Origin: an uncultured Clostridium sp.
Lineage (GTDB): Bacteria; Bacillota; Clostridia; TANB77; CAG-508
Length of the DNA stretch: 64,000 nucleotides
NCBI GenBank assembly: GCA_900551615.1
Contig: URWN01000001.1
Location: 73,767 to 137,766 of the forward strand
Direction of reading: 5' to 3'
Shown here: piece after piece, positions 25,661 through 34,583 of the stretch
Layout of the letters: every line of letters begins with the position of its first letter
How positions within the stretch are numbered: position 1 is the stretch's first letter
Made by a program: the position numbers and the translations under genes
Notes under the pieces: generated by a model
The model's database searches: none
Seen by the model: the letters and a program-made list of their open reading frames with translations, nothing else
Told to the model about the DNA's origin: nothing

Positions 25661-26515
25661 ATGGAAAATATTTTAGAAGAGACAAAATTCATAATGAAAA
25701 AATACAACATAAAAGCAAACAAAAACCTAGGACAAAACTTCTTAATAAACGAACAAGTAGTAAAAAACATAGTAGAATGTAGCAATATAGAAAAACAAGA
25801 CTTAGTAATAGAAATAGGACCAGGACTTGGAACACTAACAAAATACTTACTAGAAAAAGCAGGAAAAGTAATATGCATAGAACTAGACACCAAAATGTTA
25901 CAAATACTAGAAGACAGATTTTCACTATACAATAATTTTGAACTAATAAACAATGACGTACTAAAAGTAGACCTAAAAAATATAATAGAAAAAGAAAAAA
26001 CAGAAGGAAAAATAAAAAAAGTAAAAATAGTAGCAAACTTACCATATTACATTACAACACCAATAATAATGAAATTACTAGAAGAAGAGCTAGAATTAGA
26101 AAGCATAACAGTAATGATACAAAAAGAAGTAGCAGACAGACTAATAGCTACACCAGGAGAAAAAAACACAGGAGCAATAACATATGCAGTATATTATTAT
26201 GCAACATCAGAAGCAATAATGGAAGTACCTAATAGTTCATTTATCCCAGAACCTGCAGTAACATCAAAAGTAATAAAATTAAATATAAGAAAAGAACCAA
26301 TTGTTACACCTAAAAACAAAGAAAAAATGTTCAAAGTAATAAAATGCGCATTTATGCAAAAAAGAAAAACACTATTAAATTCATTGACAAATAATAAAAT
26401 ATTTGAAAATAAAAATCAAGGAATAGAATTATTAAAATCACTACAAATAAATGAAAACATAAGACCAGAAGAATTAACATTAGAACAATTTGAAAAAATT
26501 TCAGATAATTTATAA
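25661..26515 (+). CDS. rsmA: 16S rRNA (adenine1518/1519-N6)-dimethyltransferase RsmA/KsgA
   Basis: LGQNFL, EIGPGLGTLT SAM motif, NLPYYITTPI. Confidence 0.95.
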   Translation: MENILEETKFIMKKYNIKANKNLGQNFLINEQVVKNIVECSNIEKQDLVIEIGPGLGTLTKYLLEKAGKVICIELDTKMLQILEDRFSLYNNFELINNDVLKVDLKNIIEKEKTEGKIKKVKIVANLPYYITTPIIMKLLEEELELESITVMIQKEVADRLIATPGEKNTGAITYAVYYYATSEAIMEVPNSSFIPEPAVTSKVIKLNIRKEPIVTPKNKEKMFKVIKCAFMQKRKTLLNSLTNNKIFENKNQGIELLKSLQINENIRPEELTLEQFEKISDNL

Positions 26516-26583
26516 AAAAAGTTTAAAAATATTAGTAAATATGTTATAATTTATAAAGGATTGTATTTTATAAGGAGGTTAGA

Positions 26584-27369
26584 ATGAATCAAATTTTAGT
26601 TACAGAAAAATTATATATAACACCAGAACTAAAGAGAAAAAAGAAGATATATAAATTTTATTTTATAATATCACTTTTTGTTGTATGCATTCTAACTTCT
26701 CTTTATATATATGCAGAATATGACAGAAATAAAAGTGCAGCAGCATCAGAACAATTATTAGCTGATATGAATCAAACTTTATCAGAAACCAAAGAAGAAG
26801 ACACAACAATTGCAAAAGACGATATACTTTTAGTAGTTTTAGACAATTTAACAGAAGATAAAGATCAGGAAGAAAATATACAATCAAACAATGAAGAAAA
26901 AACAAATGTAGCAAATGCAAATAATCAAGCAGAATGGAAAACAAATGCAGGAGGTTATAAATATAAAATTATTTCAACAGTAGAAATACCAAAAATAAAT
27001 GTAAAATATACAGTATTACAAGGTGAAACAGGAAGCCTAGAAGAAACAGAATCACTACTAAAAAGCTCACCAGTTAAATATCACGGATGTGACCCAAATG
27101 AAGTAGGTAATTTCTGTATAGTAGGACATAACTATAGAAATAGTAAATTCTTTAGTAAAGTTCCCAATTTAGTAGTTGGAGATACAGTAAAATTAACTGA
27201 CCTAACAAGAAGAACTATAAATTATGAAGTATACGATAAACACACAGTAGATCCTAACGATACAAGCGATACAACACAATTAACAGGAGGAAGAAAAGAA
27301 CTTACTTTAATAACATGTACAAATGATAGCAAATTAAGAGTAATAGTTAGATGCAAGGAAGTAAAATAG
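26584..27369 (+). CDS. sortase family transpeptidase
   Basis: N-terminal TM anchor, catalytic His (IVGHNY), TLITC Cys motif, Arg in VIVRC. AAGGAGG SD. Confidence 0.8.
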   Translation: MNQILVTEKLYITPELKRKKKIYKFYFIISLFVVCILTSLYIYAEYDRNKSAAASEQLLADMNQTLSETKEEDTTIAKDDILLVVLDNLTEDKDQEENIQSNNEEKTNVANANNQAEWKTNAGGYKYKIISTVEIPKINVKYTVLQGETGSLEETESLLKSSPVKYHGCDPNEVGNFCIVGHNYRNSKFFSKVPNLVVGDTVKLTDLTRRTINYEVYDKHTVDPNDTSDTTQLTGGRKELTLITCTNDSKLRVIVRCKEVK

Positions 27370-27385
27370 TAACAAATACATATAT

Positions 27386-27430
27386 CCCCTCATATAATAA
27401 AATAAAAAATATATGAGGGGGTTTTCTTTT
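27386..27430 (+). terminator. intrinsic terminator CCCCTCATAT-loop-ATATGAGGGG plus T-run, overlapping the SD and TTG start of the next ORF
   Basis: 10-bp stem 27386-27395 / 27411-27420. GAGGGGG is the only SD-like sequence, and the T-run ends in TTG 27429. Confidence 0.7.
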
Positions 27431-28110
27431 GGCAAAAATATTAGTATTTAATAATGATACAGATAGAATGGAAACATACTATAGAGGCGAGGCAGAACCA
27501 ATGCCATATAATACAAATGGAACATTAAGGGTAAGAGAATTTAGAGGCTCAAGCAAAAGTAATATATTATGGACAACAAAAAGAACAATGCAAAGTTGGA
27601 ATAGCCAAAGATATATTTTTGGAGCTCCTATACCAGTAGGTTTTGCATTCAAAAGGCCATATGAAGGAGGACATCGGAAACCAAAGTCAACATTATGCAG
27701 GAGTAGCATTTGACGTAGGGCAAACACTAAGCTCTACACAAAGAACAAGACTATGGAATTCAGCAAAAAATTCAGGAGTATGGTATTATGTTGAACCGAT
27801 TTCATTAACGCCAACATGGGTACATTTTGATAAACGATTTGGAAAACCAGCATGTTCAACTGGTGGATTTCCACAACTAAAAAGAGGAAGTTTAAGCAAC
27901 TATGTATGTATAGCTCAAGATGATTTAAATACATTAGGATTTAGAACAAATGGACTAGACGGAATATTTGGAGCAGCAACTCAAAATGCTGTAATCAATT
28001 ATCAGAAATCAAGAGGATTAACAGCTGATGGAATAATTGGATGTAATACGTGGCGCTCTTTACAAGAAGCTGTTGTAGGAACAGGACCAACAAATACCAC
28101 AATAAATTAA
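27429..28110 (+). pseudogene. Peptidase_M15 (PF08291-like) cell-wall hydrolase with C-terminal PG_binding_1 domain, frameshifted near 27675
   Basis: Frame A ends ...FKRPYEGGH. Frame B continues GNQSQHYAGVAFDV...PTWVHFDKR plus GLDGIFGAATQNAVINYQKSRGLTADGIIG. Skipping C 27675 joins them. Confidence 0.7.
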
Positions 28111-28149
28111 AAAATTGCCAAAAGATTTTAACCTTATTGGCAATTTTTT
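28111..28149. terminator. bidirectional terminator AAAATTGCCA-loop-TGGCAATTTT
   Basis: 10-bp stem 28111-28120 / 28138-28147 between convergent genes. Confidence 0.75.
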
Positions 28150-28153
28150 ATTA

Positions 28154-28492
28154 TTATTCTTCATTCATATTTGTTTCAGCAATTGTTTTTGCAACATTAT
28201 AAATTAATTTTTGTTTCTCTGGAGAAACACTTTTAATCAAATCAGTAAATTCTTTATCTAAATAATTTTCAGAACTGCTAGAAGCACCATTTAGTAAATA
28301 ACCTTCTGAAACATCTAATAAACCACATAATTGATTTAATCTTTTTAAATTAATATGAGAATTACCTCTTTCTACTCTACTTAAGAAAGCAACAGAAATA
28401 TCAATTTTATCTGCTAAATCCTCTTGAGTCATATTTTTAGCAAGTCTAGCTTGTTTTATTCTAGAACCAATAACACTATAATCGATTGCCAT
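28154..28492 (-). CDS. XRE-family helix-turn-helix transcriptional regulator
   Basis: IGSRIKQARLAKNMTQEDLADKIDISVAFLSRVERG HTH_3 pattern. Start at the Met after AAAGGATGGTGA. Confidence 0.85.
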   Translation of the reverse strand: MAIDYSVIGSRIKQARLAKNMTQEDLADKIDISVAFLSRVERGNSHINLKRLNQLCGLLDVSEGYLLNGASSSSENYLDKEFTDLIKSVSPEKQKLIYNVAKTIAETNMNEE

Positions 28493-28529
28493 CTTTATCA
28501 CCATCCTTTCACTTTATTCGCTCCGCTTA

Positions 28530-28562
28530 TTGGAACCAAAATTTTTAAATTTTAAGTTCCAA
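28530..28562. promoter_or_regulatory. 33-bp near-perfect palindrome TTGGAACCAAAATTT-N-AAATTTTAAGTTCCAA, candidate XRE operator
   Basis: TTGGAAC at 28530-28536 and GTTCCAA at 28556-28562, plus an inner AAAATTT / AAATTTT pair. Lies 38-70 nt upstream of the XRE start at 28492. Confidence 0.5.
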
Positions 28563-28931
28563 ATTTTATAACTTTGCAATTATCGTTCAAATTTATAACA
28601 ATAATATATCATTTAACTTATAAGTTTTGAAGTAACAAAACGAGAAAAATAAACTAATAAATCAATAAAAGCCTAAACAATTAAAAAAATACTTAAAAAG
28701 CGTGTCGAAAATTGTAATAATTTAAAATACTAAAAATAAATTTAAACAAAAATAAAAGAAAAATTATGAAAAAAAGAGTAAAAAAGAGTAAAAATAATAA
28801 AAATAAACAAAAATAATAATTAATAACTAGAAAAAAAAGGAAAAAATAGCAAATAAGGTATACATAATTTGAAAATGAGCAAAATATATAGTATAATAAA
28901 AGATGTTCGCGCTTAAGAATTAAAAAGGAGA

Positions 28932-29900
28932 GTGGATTATATTAGTATAAAAAAATTTAAGTTTTATACAAAAGAAACATTAAAATTTTTAAATATTGCT
29001 TTAATAGCAATTGGTTTTATAATCGCGATAATATTAATAAAATATAAACCAATGTATGAAGTAAAGATTTCTGGAGAAAAAGTAGGGTATATAAATAATA
29101 AAAAAGCGTTAAATGAATCAATAAAAAATAACATAGAAAACTACAGTAACAAAAATGTGGAAAATGTGAAATTAACTACAACTCCAGAATATGAATTAAA
29201 ATTAGTAGAAAGAACACAACAAGATAATGAAAGTGATGTAATAATAGCATTGCAAAATGAACTTGAAATAACATATAAATATTATGAAATAGCACATAAT
29301 GGCAAAGCGATTGAAAGTGTGGCAGACAAAGAAACAGCAGAAAAATTAGTAGAAGACATAAAGGAAGTATCAAATCAAAATGTAGAATTAGAAATTAGCG
29401 AAAAAACAACTAATAATGAAAAAGATTTAAATGCAAATACACTTGAAGTTGCAAAAGAAAATATAATAGAAAAGTTAGACATTAAAACAAATACAGAAAA
29501 TGAAATAACTCAAATAAATGGAATAAAAATAGCAACACTACCAGTATCAGGAACAATTTCTTCAAGATATGGGGCTAGTAGTAAAATAAGAGTATCAACA
29601 CACACAGGATTAGATATAGCAGCAAGTAAAGGAACTCAAATAAAAGTAGTTGCAGATGGAAAAGTAACATGTGCTAAATATAGTGGATCATATGGATACT
29701 TGGTAAAAGTAGATCATGGAAACGGTGTAGAAACTTGGTATGCACATACTAGCAAAATGTATGTAACAGAAGGACAAGAAGTAAAAGCAGGAGATGTAAT
29801 AGCCCTAGTAGGTAGTACAGGTAATTCAACAGGACCACATTTACATTTTGAAATAAGAATTAATGGCGAACATGTAAACCCACAAAAATATTTGTATTAA
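28932..29900 (+). CDS. M23 family (LytM-type) peptidoglycan endopeptidase, membrane-anchored
   Basis: TM helix near the N-terminus. C-terminal HTGLDIA...G.V....SGSYGYLVKVDHGNG..T.YAH.........G..V..G..I..VGSTGNSTGPHLHFE. The start codon is uncertain because GTG 28932 sits inside the SD-like AAGGAGAGTG. Confidence 0.85.
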   Translation: MDYISIKKFKFYTKETLKFLNIALIAIGFIIAIILIKYKPMYEVKISGEKVGYINNKKALNESIKNNIENYSNKNVENVKLTTTPEYELKLVERTQQDNESDVIIALQNELEITYKYYEIAHNGKAIESVADKETAEKLVEDIKEVSNQNVELEISEKTTNNEKDLNANTLEVAKENIIEKLDIKTNTENEITQINGIKIATLPVSGTISSRYGASSKIRVSTHTGLDIAASKGTQIKVVADGKVTCAKYSGSYGYLVKVDHGNGVETWYAHTSKMYVTEGQEVKAGDVIALVGSTGNSTGPHLHFEIRINGEHVNPQKYLY

Positions 29901-29913
29901 TATATTGAAAAAA

Positions 29914-29942
29914 GAGGCATTTTATAAAAAATGCTTCTTTTT
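29914..29942 (+). terminator. intrinsic terminator GAGGCATTTT-ATAA-AAAATGCTTC plus T5
   Basis: 10-bp stem (one G-U pair) 29914-29923 / 29928-29937. Confidence 0.7.
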
Positions 29943-29975
29943 ATATTCTAGGAAAGTTATCATAGTATGATAACT
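29938..29975 (+). repeat. 38-nt repeat with 17-bp palindrome TTATCATAGTATGATAA (29957-29973), copy 2
   Basis: 37/38 identical to 4428-4465. As in copy 1, it starts in the T-run of a terminator. Confidence 0.8.
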
Positions 29976-29996
29976 TTATGTAGAAAATAAATATGG

Positions 29997-30055
29997 CAGA
30001 AATTAGATTTTGTAGCAGTTTGCACTGCGTACAAAATCTTAATTCTGGTTTTTTA
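29997..30055 (+). terminator. long-stem (~20 bp) hairpin plus T-run; orphan terminator or 3' end of a small RNA
   Basis: CAGAAATTAGATTTTGTAGCAG / CTGCGTACAAAATCTTAATTCTG with loop TTTGCA, followed by GGTTTTTT at 30048-30055. Confidence 0.6.
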
Positions 30056-30069
30056 ATATTATAAAAGAG

Positions 30070-30097
30070 TTGACAAATTTTTCTAATAATATATAAT
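30070..30097 (+). promoter_or_regulatory. consensus SigA promoter TTGACA-16-TATAAT for adhE
   Basis: TTGACA at 30070-30075 and TATAAT at 30092-30097. Confidence 0.7.
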
Positions 30098-30132
30098 AAA
30101 AAAGGATAAAATAATACCAAGGAGGAAATCTT

Positions 30133-32733
30133 ATGGCAGAAAATTTAGAAGAAGAAAAAATACAAAAGATGATAGATGAATTAGTTGCAAAGGCAAAAAA
30201 GGCATCAGAAGAATATTTAAAACTAGATCAAGAGCAAGTAAATAACATTGTAAAAGCAATGTCAATGGCAGGACTAGAACATCATATGGAACTAGCAAAA
30301 ATGGCAGTAGAAGAAACAGGAAGAGGAATATATGAAGACAAAATAACAAAGAACATGTTTGCAACAGAATATATATATCACAGCATTAAAAACGAAAAAA
30401 CAGTTGGTGTAATAAATGAAAATGATGAAGAAGGATATCTAGAAATAGCAGAACCAGTTGGAATAATAGCAGGAGTAACACCAGTAACAAATCCGACATC
30501 AACAACAATGTTTAAATCAATAATATCAGCAAAAACTAGAAATGTAATAATATTTGGATTCCATCCATCAGCACAAAAATGTAGTTCTGAAGCTGCAAGA
30601 ATATTAAGAGATGCAGCAGTTCAAGCAGGAGCACCAGAAAACTGCATATTATGGATAGAAGAACCATCAATAACAGCAACAAGGTTATTAATGAACCACC
30701 CAGATGTAAACCTAATATTAGCAACAGGTGGAACAGGAATGGTACGTTCAGCATACTCATGCGGAAAACCAGCACTAGGAGTAGGGCCAGGAAATGTACC
30801 TTGTTATATAGACAAAACAGCAAAATTAAAAACATCAGTAAATGATTTAGTACTATCAAAATCATTTGATAATGGAATGATATGTGCATCTGAACAAGCA
30901 GTATTAGTAGATAAAGATATATATCAAGAATTTGAAAAATTAATGAGAGAATCTGGATGCTACTTTGTAAATCCAGAAGAAAAACAAAAATTACAAAACT
31001 CAATGTTTGAATATACAGAAGAATATGGATATAAACTAAAATCACATGTACCAGGGCAATCACCATATACAATTGCAAAAGAAGCAGGCTTTGAAGTACC
31101 AGAAGATACAAAAGTAATAGTTGTATATGAAGAAGGAATAGGAAGCAACTATCCATTTTCAAAAGAAAAACTAAGTCCAGTTTTAACATATTACATTGTT
31201 GAAAATGAAGAAGAAGGAATAGCAAAAGCAGAAAAACTACTAGAATTCGGTGGTCTTGGACACTCAGCAGCAATTCACAGTGAAAATCAAGATACAATTT
31301 TAAAATTTTCAGAAACTTTAAAAGCAGGAAGAATAATAGTAAACTCACCATCAACACATGGAGCAATAGGAGACATTTATAACACAAATATGCCATCACT
31401 TACATTAGGATGTGGCTCATTTGGAAAAAATTCAACAACAGCAAATGTGTCATCAGTAAACTTAATAAATATAAAAAGAGTTGCGAAAAGGAGAGTTAAT
31501 ATGCAATGGTTTAAAGTTCCAGAAAAAATATATTTTGAAGCAGGTTCAATAGCATACTTAGAAAAAATGCCAGATATAGAAAGAGCCTTTATAGTAACAG
31601 ACCAAGGAATGGTCAAATTAGGATATGTAGATAGAATCTTATATCATTTAAGAAAAAGACAACAATATGTACATTCAGAGATATTTAGTGATGTAGAGCC
31701 AGACCCATCATTTGACACAATTAAAAAAGGTGTAGAACAAATGAACAGTTTTAAACCTGATGTAATAATAGCAATAGGTGGAGGAAGCCCAATGGATGCA
31801 GCAAAAGGAATGTGGCTATTTTATGAACATCCAGAAGCAGATATCGAAGGATTAAAATTAAAATTCATGGACATTAGAAAACGTACTTACAAATTCCCTA
31901 AATTAGGAGAAAAAGCAAAAATGGTAGCAATACCAACAACATCAGGAACGGGATCAGAAGTAACATCATTTGCAGTAATAACAGACAAAGAAAAAGACAG
32001 AAAATATCCACTTGCAGATTATGAATTAACACCAGATGTTGCAATAGTAGACCCAGACCTAGTTATGAGCCTTCCAAAATCTGTAACAGCAGACACAGGA
32101 ATGGATGTATTAACACACGCATTAGAAGCATATGTATCAAACATGGCATCAGACTATACAGATGGTTTAGCAGAAAAAGCAGTAGAATTAGTAATGAATT
32201 ATTTAGAAAAAGCATACAATAATGGAAGTAATAAACTAGCAAGAGAAAAAATGCACAATGCAAGTACAATTGCTGGAATGGCATTTACAAATGCATTTTT
32301 AGGAGTAAGCCATTCAATTGCACACAAAATAGGAGCAGAGTTCCATTTACCACATGGTAGAATAAACGCAATATTATTACCATATGTTGTAAAATATAAT
32401 GGAAGTAAGCCAAGCAAGTTTGTATCATTCCCTAAATATGAATATTATATAGCAGACGAAAAATACAGTCATTTAGCTAAAAAATTAGGACTAAAAGCAG
32501 ATACAATAGAAGAGGGTGTAAATAGTCTAGTAGAAAAAATAAAAGAATTAAATGAAAAATTAAATATTCCAAAATCATTTAAAGAGGCAGGAATTGATGA
32601 AAAAGAATTCTTGGCAAAAGTTGATATTCTTGCAGACAGAGCATTTGAAGATCAATGTACAACAGCAAACCCAAGAGTTCCATTAGTAGAAGAAATTAAA
32701 CAAATTATGCTAGATAGTTATTATGGAAAATAA
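30133..32733 (+). CDS. adhE: bifunctional acetaldehyde-CoA / alcohol dehydrogenase AdhE
   Basis: 866 aa. N-terminal ALDH domain (catalytic Cys in NGMICASEQ) fused to an Fe-ADH domain (GGGSPMDAAK, His-rich metal site). Confidence 0.95.
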   Translation: MAENLEEEKIQKMIDELVAKAKKASEEYLKLDQEQVNNIVKAMSMAGLEHHMELAKMAVEETGRGIYEDKITKNMFATEYIYHSIKNEKTVGVINENDEEGYLEIAEPVGIIAGVTPVTNPTSTTMFKSIISAKTRNVIIFGFHPSAQKCSSEAARILRDAAVQAGAPENCILWIEEPSITATRLLMNHPDVNLILATGGTGMVRSAYSCGKPALGVGPGNVPCYIDKTAKLKTSVNDLVLSKSFDNGMICASEQAVLVDKDIYQEFEKLMRESGCYFVNPEEKQKLQNSMFEYTEEYGYKLKSHVPGQSPYTIAKEAGFEVPEDTKVIVVYEEGIGSNYPFSKEKLSPVLTYYIVENEEEGIAKAEKLLEFGGLGHSAAIHSENQDTILKFSETLKAGRIIVNSPSTHGAIGDIYNTNMPSLTLGCGSFGKNSTTANVSSVNLINIKRVAKRRVNMQWFKVPEKIYFEAGSIAYLEKMPDIERAFIVTDQGMVKLGYVDRILYHLRKRQQYVHSEIFSDVEPDPSFDTIKKGVEQMNSFKPDVIIAIGGGSPMDAAKGMWLFYEHPEADIEGLKLKFMDIRKRTYKFPKLGEKAKMVAIPTTSGTGSEVTSFAVITDKEKDRKYPLADYELTPDVAIVDPDLVMSLPKSVTADTGMDVLTHALEAYVSNMASDYTDGLAEKAVELVMNYLEKAYNNGSNKLAREKMHNASTIAGMAFTNAFLGVSHSIAHKIGAEFHLPHGRINAILLPYVVKYNGSKPSKFVSFPKYEYYIADEKYSHLAKKLGLKADTIEEGVNSLVEKIKELNEKLNIPKSFKEAGIDEKEFLAKVDILADRAFEDQCTTANPRVPLVEEIKQIMLDSYYGK

Positions 32734-32742
32734 GGTGATAGA

Positions 32743-34197
32743 GTGAAAATAACAGATAGAATAAAAAATTTTATAAATAGAAATAATACAGCGCTAAGTG
32801 CAGAAAATGAACAAGTTGATAAGAGGATAAATGAAAAAGCAAATGAAATAGAAAAGTTATATATTGAAAAAAAAGAAAATGGAGAAGAAAACCCAATAAA
32901 CGATACAGTAGAAAAAATAATGCAAATTATACAAAATAATCGAGATCCAGTAGAAGAAAGAAAGCTTTTAACAGAATTGATAGAAAGGAAGAATATATCA
33001 GATCAACTTGTAGAAAGAACAGCAATAGAATTTTCTAAAAAAGAAGACATACCAAATGAGGTTATAGTAGAAGCAATAAACAATGCTGAAACAGACATTC
33101 CGGATAACACAATTAGAAATATAGTTGAAAAGGGAGCAATGAATATACAAGACAATTTGGATTTAATTCAGCAAATGCATGACCAAGAAAAACAGAAACA
33201 AGCAGAACAAAAACAATTAGAACTTCAAAGACAGGAAAAACAAAGACAAATAGAACAACAAAGAAAGAAAGCAAAAAACGAATTAGAAAAAATATATGCA
33301 AAAGTAAAAGAAATGAAAGATACAGAACTCTCAGAACAAATAGTAGGAATAAAAGATAAACTAACTCCGGAAAATATAAATGATGATATATATGAAGTAA
33401 TTAAGAATATTATAGCACAAAAAATAGCAGAAGATTATTATGATGATAGTAAAAAAATAGCACCAATATATACACTATCTAAAGTTATTCCAACAGGAGA
33501 AATGATAGAAATAGATATAGCAACATTAGTACAAAAAAAATATGATGACATAGTAGAAGAAAGAATTAATCAAGAAAACGAGGAAGAAAAAAAGAAGAAA
33601 AAACATAGATTTGTCAAAAGAGAGTTTAAAAAAATAGTGTTAAATGAACTAGGAAAACAAGTAGGAATAGAATATGACAAGACAGGAATTATTAATATTC
33701 CACAATCAAAACAATTAAGCCAAATGACAAAAGATGAAAAAAAATATTTGATAGAAACAGTAAAAAAACATACAGCAAACCAATTAAAAAAAGAAGACAT
33801 GATAGACATTTATAGACAAATAAATAATGGTGATAAAGAAATACAGAAAATAGATATTTCTAAACCAATAAATAGTGAAAATACAGAATTACAGAAAAAA
33901 GAAAATGAAATTATAAATTTAATAAAACAAATTCCAATAGAAAAAAAAGATAGAATAATAGATATATTAAATAAAATGATATTAGATCAAAATAAGCTAG
34001 AGACAATAGAAATGTTAAATAATACATGGGTATTAAAAAAACTTGAAAATATGCCAAAAGACAAAAGACAAAAAACAATTGGAGCTATAAGTAATGCAGT
34101 AAATAAAATGCCAAAATACAAAGTTGCTAAGAATACACCACAGATAAAAGGTGCTAGATTTAGTGATAAAACAACAATAGATGGAAAAAGTAGATAA
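32743..34197 (+). CDS. hypothetical Lys/Glu-rich coiled-coil protein, 9 nt downstream of adhE
   Basis: 484 aa, GTG start after AAGGTGA. QKQKQAEQKQLELQRQEKQRQIEQQRKK segment. No family recognised. Confidence 0.6.
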   Translation: MKITDRIKNFINRNNTALSAENEQVDKRINEKANEIEKLYIEKKENGEENPINDTVEKIMQIIQNNRDPVEERKLLTELIERKNISDQLVERTAIEFSKKEDIPNEVIVEAINNAETDIPDNTIRNIVEKGAMNIQDNLDLIQQMHDQEKQKQAEQKQLELQRQEKQRQIEQQRKKAKNELEKIYAKVKEMKDTELSEQIVGIKDKLTPENINDDIYEVIKNIIAQKIAEDYYDDSKKIAPIYTLSKVIPTGEMIEIDIATLVQKKYDDIVEERINQENEEEKKKKKHRFVKREFKKIVLNELGKQVGIEYDKTGIINIPQSKQLSQMTKDEKKYLIETVKKHTANQLKKEDMIDIYRQINNGDKEIQKIDISKPINSENTELQKKENEIINLIKQIPIEKKDRIIDILNKMILDQNKLETIEMLNNTWVLKKLENMPKDKRQKTIGAISNAVNKMPKYKVAKNTPQIKGARFSDKTTIDGKSR

Positions 34198-34210
34198 TTT
34201 TATAATAATA

Positions 34211-34421
34211 TTCAAATTGCATATATCTATACCTTTTTGAAGGTATTGTTTGATTGGAATGAAAAATAGAACTTATTTCTAAAAAATATGAGGAATGTTC
34301 ACGGGAAAAGGCAAGAGCCTTTAAGCCTGAGTGAAAGAGGCTCATATTTTTTAGTTATAAGTTCTTTTTGAATGAAATGAAGAAAATAACTTCCAAAAGG
34401 TATAGATATATGCAATTTGAA
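34211..34421 (+). repeat. imperfect-palindrome intergenic element, diverged copy D (27/27 perfect arms)
   Basis: 34211-34237 is the exact reverse complement of 34395-34421. The interior shares TGATTGGA, GTTCAC..GGAARGG and ATATTTT(TT)AG blocks with copies A and B. Confidence 0.75.
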
Positions 34422-34583
34422 AAATATAAAAAACAAGTTCACACAAAATTTACACAAAAAATAACATTTGGGAATAATATAAAAATAAAATACTCATATA
34501 ATATAAATATAAAAATATGGGAGCAGAAAAATTGAAAGTTAAATAATAATCAATTAAAAGCACCGAAGAAAGGTGGAAACCAA

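Noticed and set aside
28702-28714. 13-mer GTGTCGAAAATTG shared by 28702-28714 and 43103-43115, with related TGTCGAA at 18748 and 53365; possible CodY-like half site
   Set aside because: A 13-nt match is within chance expectation for all-against-all comparison of 64 kb of biased sequence. Only half of the CodY consensus AATTTTCWGAAAATT is matched.
29993-30064. 23-codon ORF MAEIRFCSSLHCVQNLNSGFLIL upstream of adhE, as a possible leader peptide
   Set aside because: There is no SD sequence. The ORF is made almost entirely of the two arms of the terminator hairpin. Its resemblance to the adhE start (ATGGCAGAAA) is only 10 nt.
34211-34421. 6S RNA (ssrS) as the identity of the long rod-like hairpin element
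   Set aside because: The size and rod shape are superficially similar. However, the element has paralogous copies at 21974 and 43604 with a shared core. It has perfect 27-bp arms rather than an irregular stem with a large central bubble. I cannot verify any 6S signature by eye.
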